Shown here: positions 9,908 through 17,880 of the stretch, in pieces | How the letters are laid out: every line of letters begins with the position of its first letter | Numbering within the stretch: position 1 is the stretch's first letter | Source of the DNA: Octopus sinensis | Lineage: Eukaryota | Direction: 5' to 3' | Length of the DNA: 17,880 nt | Assembly (NCBI RefSeq): GCF_006345805.1 | Contig: NW_021824728.1 | Span: 1 to 17,880, forward strand | Position numbers and translations under genes: made by a program | Notes under the pieces: model-generated | The model's input: only the letters and a program-made list of their open reading frames with translations | What the model was told of the DNA's origin: nothing | Databases searched by the model: none

Positions 9908-10340
9908 CACGTGATCACGTGACCGACCAGACCATCAGATGTAGTTACACATCGCTGGTCACAATGTGCTTCACATTGTTTTAGTTTTCGAATGATGCCA
10001 CCCCGCTGGCTAAGCGAGCAGGCCAACAGAAGAAAGAGTGAGAGAAAGCTGTGGCGAAAGAGTACAGCAGGGATCACCACCATCCCTGCCGGAACCTTGT
10101 GGAGCTTTTTAGGTGTTTTCGCTCAATAAACACACACAACGCCCAGTCTGGGAATCGAAACCGCGATCCTACGACCGTGAGACCGCTGCCCAAACCACTG
10201 GGCCATTGCGCCTCCACTGGAATGCTTACAGCACCTAAGTTTCCCAAGCGGTCACCATCTAAGTACTAACTAGGCTCGATGTTGCTTAACCTCGGTGATC
10301 GGACGAGAACCGGTGCTTTCAACGTGATATGGCCATAAGC
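9908..10340 (-). mobile_element. Composite SINE: 5S rRNA + tRNA-derived head + body, flanked by a 13-bp direct repeat
   Basis: Minus strand order: 5S (10340-10222), a short linker, a tRNA-like head (box A TGGCCCAGTGG, box B GGTTTCGATTCCC, ~10217-10140), and a ~230-bp body ending in (CACGTGAT)2. TTATTATATATAT occurs at both 9895-9907 and 10341-10353. Confidence 0.75.
10222..10340 (-). rRNA. 5S rRNA: Full-length 5S rRNA-derived sequence (probably retroposed copy / SINE head rather than an array gene)
   Basis: Reverse complement: GCTTATGGCCATATCACGTTGAAAGCACCGGTTCTCGTCCGATCACCGAGGTTAAGCAACATCGAGCCTAGTTAGTACTTAGATGGTGACCGCTTGGGAAACTTAGGTGCTGTAAGCAT. It shows the metazoan 5S hallmarks (CTCGTCCGATC, GTTAAGC, TTAGTACTT, TGGGAA), and helix I pairs. 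It has an apparent 1-nt deletion in box C and no oligo-T terminator. Confidence 0.92.
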
Positions 10341-10341
10341 T

Positions 10342-10388
<47 letters not shown>

Positions 10389-10899
10389 ATGGACACTCCC
10401 GTCAAACATAACATATGAGAGTTCAGCTTTTTGCGGAATGACCAGTACAGATGACTTGTTTATAGTGGTCAAATGTTCTCGCTGCACATTAGCTCACTCT
10501 CTCCATAGGATCAACATAGTCTGAACTGGTGCAGGGGCGTACCATGCATTTGTTACCAACAATTCCTTGCTTTAATTGTTGATGGTTGTAATGAATGTTT
10601 CTTTTGACCTTCACCATGGCCCTTTATTCCTCTACAAAATATGAGACACTTTCTGAAGTGATTATATTTATTTAGTTTCTTTTATTTGCCTAAAAGTGAC
10701 TATGACCAACTCACTTTTTTATCAGAAACAACTCCAGAGAAATAAAAATAAATCACACAAAATACGGTGCCCCAGCATGGCCACAGTTTCCCATTGGAAC
10801 CACTAAAAATAATGAAAATGTTGATAAGCTACAAGTGCATGTTGATTTCATGGAGAGAGTGAATCAATGTGCGGCACGAACTTTTGATCCTTATAAACA

Positions 10900-10950
10900 A
10901 ACTATGTGGTTGGTAAGCAAGCTTCTTACCACACAGCCATGCTAAGCCTG
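10900..10950 (-). mobile_element. tRNA-SINE head fragment
   Basis: ATGTGGTTGGTAAGCAAGCTTCTTACCACACAGCCA matches 5204-5240. Confidence 0.7.
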
Positions 10951-11278
10951 TGTATATGTATGTAAATTTAAGTCACAATATATAGATTCAAGTAATTCAG
11001 TGGTACTCATAAGAAAAGCTCTTTAATGTATCATCATTCTAGAAAACATATAGTTACAATACAAGAGAAAACAATAAGGAATGTATAAAGTCATAAATGA
11101 AAGATTTTTGGCATCTTGCTTTAATGCAGACATGTAATTTATTTATTATTAAATATAATATAAACTATGTACATGTTTTAAGCTACAAAACAATTTGTCA
11201 TGATATTTGAATTTTCTTTTTGTTAAATGTCATAAAAATATTTTTGACTTTATATATACATACATACATATATATATA

Positions 11279-11720
11279 TTGTTGTTGGCATCCTTTTTGT
11301 CTCAGGAGACAATGGAGTTGCGCATAAAATAATCTAGTCTGGCTTTTACATTTCATGTCCTAATACATCTCCTGCTGTGGCTGTGTAGTCCTATCCTGGA
11401 CAAACACTCCTTCTGGCAGGTACCATAAATGTAGCGAAGACTTTGCCTGGCTGGTTGTAATGCCATAGTTTCTCGTTGACATCTTTTCTTGTCTTTCCAT
11501 TTCTCCTCTTTCCCTTTGTCACTCCTTTGTGTTCCCTCTTTTACGGTACGTCGCCAATCTCCACGGTTTCTGGCAACTGCTTCTCAGTTGCTAATATTGA
11601 TGTTGCAGGCCTTCATGTCCCTTTTGCAAACATCCTTGTATCGTAAGAACGGTCTTCGCACAGATCTAGTGCCCCTAGCAAGCTCACCGTAGAGTATGTC
11701 CTTGGGGATTCTGCCATCTT
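11279..11720 (-). mobile_element. 5'-truncated RTE (BovB-like) LINE 3' end with C-terminal Zn-finger-like motif and (CAA)n tail
   Basis: Minus 11718-11353 translates DGRIPKDILYGELARGTRSVRRPFLRYKDVCKRDMKACNINISN*EAVARNRGDWRRTVKEG...TCQKECLSRIGLHSHSRRCIRT*, the classic RTE ORF end, with one premature stop. A short 3' UTR ends in GATGCCAACAACAA. Confidence 0.92.
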
Positions 11721-11837
11721 ATAAATAGAGAAATCTACTATTTATTTTATCATGTATGTATTAATTTTATACACTCTTTGTGTTTTTCTTTTGTATAATA
11801 TTATGTTTTCTATGTGATTTGTAGAATGATACTTTAA

Positions 11838-12057
11838 CCCTTTAGCATTCAGATTAATTTGTCAAAAGTAACCCTTATTTATTCACATTTAAAAAAATTT
11901 ATCTGATATTATTTTGTACCTTCAAGATAGGAAAGATGTAATTGCTTATTTTTAGAGTGACATTGCAGGGCAGTTGTGAGATGCATGTTCTGGCCAGTTT
12001 GAGCATAAAATGTATAGAATATTTGGGCCGAATACAGCCGGTTTAAACATTAAAGGG
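11838..12057. mobile_element. piggyBac-type MITE, family A (220 bp, TTAA TSD)
   Basis: TTAA|CCCTTTAGCATT ... AACATTAAAGGG|TTAA; homologous in inverted orientation to 15357-15574. Confidence 0.8.
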
Positions 12058-12705
12058 TTAAAGAGCCTTTTTAATGAGTATCACCAGATTACTTGAATAT
12101 TGTGACTTAAATCCACACACACACACTGTAAACATTCTGATATTTATATATAAATATATTCATATATGTTTATAGGAATGGTGATACAGACAGGGAAAAC
12201 AGAACTCAAAATATGAGTATATGTATATTTTTATTAGTATTTAGTAAGAACAACAGTGTGACTGAAGGGCCAAAACTTTTGCATATTTGGTAAGTACCAG
12301 CATACAAAACTCTCAGGCCTTGAGTCATTCTGTTGCTTCTGCTAAATATTAATATAAATATATATATATGTCTATATAAATTTCTGTATAAATATACATA
12401 CTTTGCAAAGATACATTTTCATAAATTGCATTGATACACACACAGAATATATGTAATTCTTATGATTTGTTTTGTTATATACATGCATACCTGTATTTGT
12501 ACATGCATACAGATAAATACACTCAGATATTTCTATGGGATATAAATATACTTGTACAAAATTCACACAAGAAAAATATGGAAACAATATTTTTGCCTGA
12601 ATTTTTAGACATATATATATATATGTGTGTGTGTGCATAAAGATTCTATAATAAAATATACAAGCATAGATTAATCATATATATATATGTATGTATCACA
12701 CACAC

Positions 12706-12740
<35 letters not shown>

Positions 12741-13243
12741 TATGAAAAGCAAAAAGACATGCAGAGTGTTATAAGCATTCATGTATTAAAAGTCAATATC
12801 CACATGCTTATAAAATACATACATACACACACACACATGTATGTGTGTATGTATGTATGTATGCCTCTCAAACAAAAATAATATGAAAGCACAGTACAGT
12901 ATCACAGTATACTACATACAATGAAAACATTTTTTTTCTGTATATATACATACACAGACAATAAAAAAAGAAAAAAAACTTAAAGATAACACGAACAATA
13001 ATTCTGTGCAAAGAAAAGAATATTTTAAAATATATGAAATACAGGAAAAAAATATACAAGAGTACAACATTTAACACAATATAATAAATATGTAGTAAAG
13101 TACAATGAAAAAGAAAAATACAAAATAAACATGCAGGTGTAAAAAATAAACATAAGAGAGTATACGTTCTCGTTTACAATATATAACATAACAATATCTA
13201 GCACATATGGTGTACATTTATTTATAATTCAGTTAAATCTTAC

Positions 13244-13281
13244 GTAGTTATCTCTAAGGTCTTCATGGAGGTAATCAATTC
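13244..13281 (-). CDS. PCSK2: Prohormone convertase 2 (neuroendocrine convertase 2), 38-bp internal coding exon
   Basis: Minus strand reads catttctaattgtttag|GA ATT GAT TAC CTC CAT GAA GAC CTT AGA GAT AAC TAC|gtaaga = (G)IDYLHEDLRDNY. This matches PC2 'DDGIDYLHPDLASNY' just after the catalytic Asp. Canonical AG/GT, and it splices in frame (phase 0) to the exon at 5294-5370. Confidence 0.93.
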
Positions 13282-13735
13282 CTAAACAATTAGAAATGTA
13301 GGTTTTTGTTGTTTTTTTTTTGTGTGTCGTACTTGTAAATTCAAATAAATGCAAATACATATATATCTACTTACTTACAAATGTATTGAAGGTTATAGAG
13401 TATAATATAAAAATAACAATATTTTGTGTTGGAGAATTCCTGTAAAACAAAATTAAAATTGAATTTCATATTTATATAATATATATGTATATATAATATA
13501 TATATATATTAATATATATGAAAACAAAATGACAGAATGCAAAAAAAATCAATATGTGAAGTAAATTTATCATTCTTTAGAATTTGACAATGACTTCCAA
13601 CTGCATTAAAGTGTGTGTTTGCATATATAGGAACATAAGCGCTCACATATGGTAAGTAAATCCTTTCGAAAGGTTCCATCATTCTGTTTTCAAAAATTTT
13701 TTTTAAATAGTTAATAACTTTGAAAAATCTTTATA

Positions 13736-13776
<41 letters not shown>

Positions 13777-13780
<4 letters not shown>

Positions 13781-14068
13781 CTATCTTTTCTTTCTCACTA
13801 GACCGCTGGTAGCGGAGAATTTTTTCTAGATTTTTGCTACCCTATATTTATTAATATATATATATATGTAGGTGAATGAATTATTCTATGTTTATCGCCA
13901 GCATGGAAAATTCATTTAACCGAAACCTGGGTAGCAAATTTACGTCACAAAACACGGTTGAAGCGACCTGTCAAGGGTAGAAACTCCGGGTTCATGTGCA
14001 GAAATTTGTGTGTTGTATATAAATAAATGACTCCATTTATTCATTTATTCGAATTCCATTCTTTCATT

Positions 14069-14099
<31 letters not shown>

Positions 14100-14335
14100 G
14101 GATAAGATCATTAATTTACAAATAAAATAACGATTTTATCAAGTGGTCAGCATGGAAAAAATAACCTTCAAAGGTAATAATTATTAAAATTATAAATTAG
14201 GGTATCTACGAGATACCACCATGCTGAAAAAAGCAGCTATGATCTGACTCTAAAACCACCTTAATTGTCCATATTGCAAACACGGAGAGAAAACAAAGAG
14301 ACAAGATGAAACTAGTAAAAAATTACTGGATAATT
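13777..14335. repeat. Cluster of three short non-simple segments (~13777-13855, 13868-14070, 14095-14335) separated by (TA)n; probable interspersed-repeat fragments
   Basis: Each segment is bounded by (TA)n. Two share CAGCATGGAAAA, and GGGTAGCAAA occurs in inverted orientation between the first two. Family unknown. Confidence 0.4.
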
Positions 14336-14446
14336 ATATATATATATATATAGTGAAGAAATGAAACTCGTCAATAAGACATTTTAACAGAAAAGTATGG
14401 ATATGTATAGATGGATATGTATATGTTAACAAGGGGAAAAAATACA

Positions 14447-14485
<39 letters not shown>

Positions 14486-14554
14486 GTATGTATATGTATG
14501 TACATAATATACATATATGAATAAACATATATATACATATACATAAATATACAT

Positions 14555-14586
<32 letters not shown>

Positions 14587-15356
14587 TATATATATATGTA
14601 TATATATAGCTTTGTTAACTTATATAAGTCAGAGTTTATGATTATATTGATTTCTAGCTTTGTTACAAGAAATTCCAGACAGAGTCAAAGGTTAAACCTG
14701 ATACTCATGGTTTTAAGAAAGTATTCAAAATAATTGTTTAAAAAGTTTGACTTCGTATGTAAGCGATGCTTCACAAGTGATCTTTCACATTAAAATTTCA
14801 ACTTGATTAAGTGCAAAAATCAATAAAGCCAAGGAATTAATATTATTGTAGCTACATAATTAAAGTTTCTTAATCTGAAATTTGGTTTTATATTTAAGAT
14901 ATCTTCATTGGCATATTTATTCTAAAATGAAAATGAATAGAGTGAAAGCAATAATTAATTAATATTTAAACGTGGTGATTAACACAAGCAAAATCCAAAG
15001 TTGATTATATGAAATGATGAAAGGGTTAATTGATTTAAGAGAATTAGTAAGGAAATTAAATTAGTTTGTTAAATGAGTTTCTATTTATGGGGAAATAGAT
15101 AGAAAAATATGCAAACAATAATTACTAATACGTAATTGACAGCATATTTCGATATATTTCATTAATACATCAAAGGCAGGAAATAGGTGAATTAACCTAC
15201 ATATTTATTTGGAAAGACAATTGAAAATGAATTTAATTTTAATAACATTTTAAGTCCCTAAAAATCCTTGTAGATGACACAGGGTTAAAATTCTCTGATA
15301 ATTCCTTTCTTGGAAGAGATTTACTACAAATATAAAATCAGTACAGAGCTCTTTAA

Positions 15357-15574
15357 CCCTTTAGTATTTAAACCGGCCATATCCGGCCAAAATAGTTAAT
15401 CTGTTTTATGTTCAAACTGACCAGATCCAGGCTCTCACACCTACCCTTCAATGTTATTCTACATTAAGTAATTACACCATCAAGATCTTGAAGATATGAG
15501 ATAATGCATGGTTAATTCAAATCAATGGGAATCAATAGGCATTATGTTTTGATGAATAATCGAACACTAAAGGG
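15357..15574. mobile_element. piggyBac-type MITE, family A (218 bp, TTAA TSD)
   Basis: TTAA|CCCTTTAGTATTT ... GAACACTAAAGGG|TTAA; TTTAAACCGGC-ATA-CGGCC-AAATA is shared (inverted) with 12020-12050. Confidence 0.85.
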
Positions 15575-16003
15575 TTAATATATCTTGCCTTGCCTACAGA
15601 ATGGCAAATCTATGCAATTAAATCTCATGGTTAATCTCAATACAAAGGAAAATATATATCTATAGTCTCATTTTGTTAATCTTAAGTATAGCTCATTGTC
15701 TCATCAAAGAAATATGCAGAATCAGTTGATAGAATTCACAGACTTGGTTTTGAAAAGATGTACAGCTTTGACAGTTGTAGCAGAGTGAGAAATATCGATT
15801 CTCTTCTCTTACAATGGTTCACTTCCAATATACGTTTGATAAGCAACCAAATGAGATAAGATAACAAAATGATTAGAGCCACAATGTATTTCCACCTAAT
15901 CCCGCATCCTGACCATTCTCACAGAGGGATTACATCAATATCTAATACCAAAATATTTATAGAAATGTATTTGAATAACAGATAAGTTTAATTTATTCAT
16001 TAA

Positions 16004-16410
16004 CCCTTTTTATACCAACCTACCTGAAATTGCTTTTGGGTTTTATTATACAAACTTTCTGGTTTAAAACGATCTAGATTAAGACCTTCCATCAAAATTT
16101 TATGTTATGCTCCAATCTCAATCGAAGGAGAGGGGCTTTCTCCGTCCGGGTAGCGGATCCGTGGAATAAGCTGCCAGATGAGATGGTGAAGGTGCCGACG
16201 ACCGCTCGGTTTAAAGTCTCCCTTGACCACAAGTGGCCTGAACTCTTTACATGAACACCACCCTGTACATAACTCCATGTCCCCCTACATGGCCTTGCCT
16301 TTTTGCTTTTTGAGCCAAAAAATTAACTAACTAACTAACTAATCACCAGTTCAACAATGATACAATTATTTTACCAGATTTTTTCATTTCTCAAAATAAA
16401 TTGAAACAAG
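16004..16410. mobile_element. Decayed piggyBac-type MITE, family B, interrupted by a CR1 insertion
   Basis: Starts TTAA|CCCTTT. Both sides of the CR1 align by eye with the reverse complement of 17670-17880. The right terminus was not found. Confidence 0.6.
16118..16340 (+). mobile_element. 5'-truncated CR1-clade LINE 3' end with (TAAC)n tail
   Basis: Translates NRRRGAFSVRVADPWNKLPDEMVKVPTTARFKVSLDHKWPELFT* (stop 16252-16254), the CR1 C-terminal F..RV...WN.LP......FK..LD motif. The 3' UTR stem-loop is CCATGT-ccccct-ACATGG, the tail is (AACT)n, and AATC lies on both flanks. Confidence 0.9.
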
Positions 16411-16532
16411 TAGATTTCGTTTTAGGATTTGGTTTGCAAGATTCTTTATATGAGTTTGTGTGTTGAAGCATATTCTGTTGTGTCTGGGGAGAGTCATTTT
16501 CTTTTTGTGCCTTATAATGTAACACACTAACA

Positions 16533-16895
16533 AGCACTGGAGCACTGCTTTAAAAGGGTTTAGTTTATTCAATCAAATTAACTGCAGAACTTATCTTCAG
16601 TGTCTTACTTATTTTACCAATCTTGTTGCTGAACTGCCAACTTACCAGGACATAAACAAACCATCACTGGTTATCAAACAATCATAGACACATGCAGCTA
16701 GTCACACACACACACACAAACACACACATACAGGCATAATGCACACACATACAATGGACTTTTATATACTGTTTCCATGGTCCAATATTCACTCATAAGG
16801 TATCTGTTAATGCAGAACCACAGAAGGTGCTGAGCTGTGGAATCGAACCTGAAACTCAGTGGTTGTCAAACAAAACTCTTAACTATACCTGCATC
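16533..16895 (-). mobile_element. Highly diverged tRNA-derived SINE (same family as 9519-9856)
   Basis: CTGGAGCACTGC 3' motif, an internal (CA)n, and a GGAATCGAACC box B complement, in the expected order. Confidence 0.6.
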
Positions 16896-17451
16896 TGTTA
16901 TATTTTCTTACATAACAGCCAGACAAATTATAACATTACATCGAGTGACTCGCAGTTTGCTAACGGATCGATAACTAAGAGAGTTGATATCATATTTCAC
17001 CAACCAACATCACAACGACCGACAACTTCAAATGGAAAACCAAACTAATTTCTCCAGGAAATATCAGATTTGCTAACAGTCTACATAATATTGATTTCTA
17101 ATAGAAGCACATATTTAGTGATGGGGGTTAGGGTGAGTCACTATAAAGATTGTTGTCATGTTTACATCTGTTTTGCCATGGTGGCATGAGTTAGATGAAA
17201 CTTAATGAAACAAATTTTCTACAGCTACAAGATGCTCTTCTGTCACCAACCCTTACAGGATTTCCAAGCCAGGTATATTCATTTCACTAGTTTTAATCAT
17301 CAAAGGACAAAGAAAAAAAGCCTAGCTAAATCTATAGGATTTTTGCTAACTGGAGATTGTAAATAAAGATTTTTTTTTTTGTATCTGTGGTATTGTTAAT
17401 GAAATGTAGAAATGATATCCATACACATATGTACACAGACATACACCAACA

Positions 17452-17592
17452 ACAGACTTCCTTGCAGCTTCTACTAATCTTTTCCATTCAACATGAAACT
17501 GTAGTAGAAGACACTTGCTCAAGGTGTCACACATTAGTGCTGAATACGAGACATGGCTGTGAAACATGTGTCTTAACTATACAATCATGCCA
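17452..17592 (-). mobile_element. Diverged tRNA-SINE 5' fragment
   Basis: GTAGTAGAAGACACTTGCTCAAGGTGTCACAC matches 5151-5182. Confidence 0.6.
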
Positions 17593-17669
17593 ACACCTAT
17601 TGATTTAATCAATCCATTGATCTCCTATCGGTTACTTGACTGGTGCTTGTAATATAAACCCTGGATTAA

Positions 17670-17880
17670 CCCTTTCGTTACTGTATTTATTTTGAGATGC
17701 TCTGTGTTTCTTTGAATTACTTTAAATATAACAAAGAATTTAGTAAAATAACTTAGTTATCATTCAGCTAGTGTTAGGAACATAGATTGTGACTAAGGTT
17801 GGGTGGAAGATTTTTAATTCAGAACTTATGAAAACAAGACATTTGTACAACAGAGCCAGAGGCGGTTTCAGCCGGGTTGG
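17670..17880. mobile_element. piggyBac-type MITE, family B (truncated by the window edge)
   Basis: TTAA|CCCTTTCGTTAC start; inverted homology to 16004-16410. Confidence 0.75.

Larger units (their letters stand above)
5371..13243 (-). other. PCSK2: PC2 intron (7873 bp, phase 0, GT-AG)
   Basis: GTAAGA donor starts at 13243 and TTTCAG acceptor ends at 5371 (minus). The joined exons give the continuous PC2 peptide ...LRDNY|NADASFDF... Confidence 0.88.

Noticed and set aside
10140-10217. Functional tRNA gene
   Set aside because: Boxes A and B are present, but no clean acceptor or anticodon stems and no terminator. It continues into a SINE body.
13950-14000. Hammerhead-like GAAACTCCGGGTT motif
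   Set aside because: The upstream core reads CGGTTGA rather than CTGANGA, and stem I pairing is poor.
14840-15029. Additional piggyBac MITE ending in AAAGGG|TTAA
   Set aside because: No matching left TTAA|CCCTTT terminus was seen.

Overview
AT-rich, microsatellite-laden eukaryotic DNA, inferred from its repeat content to be a coleoid cephalopod (Octopus-like). The window lies inside a minus-strand gene for the neuroendocrine prohormone convertase PC2 (PCSK2). Two small coding exons that the ORF track misses are present: 13244-13281 (38 bp, G-IDYLHEDLRDNY) and 5294-5370 (77 bp, NADASFDFSSHDPFPYPRYTDTWFNS), joined by a 7.9-kb GT-AG intron. The introns hold 5'-truncated RTE and CR1 LINE ends, tRNA-derived SINEs, TTAA-flanked piggyBac-type MITEs, a decayed hAT transposase, three consecutive long fold-back hairpins, a ~833-bp partial tandem repeat and a degenerate minimal hammerhead motif. 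The most notable object is a full-length 5S rRNA copy fused without a Pol III terminator to a tRNA-headed SINE (9908-10340, minus). A 13-bp direct repeat brackets the pair, making it a candidate 5S+tRNA chimeric SINE. The ORFs in the supplied track appear spurious (microsatellite or repeat translations).
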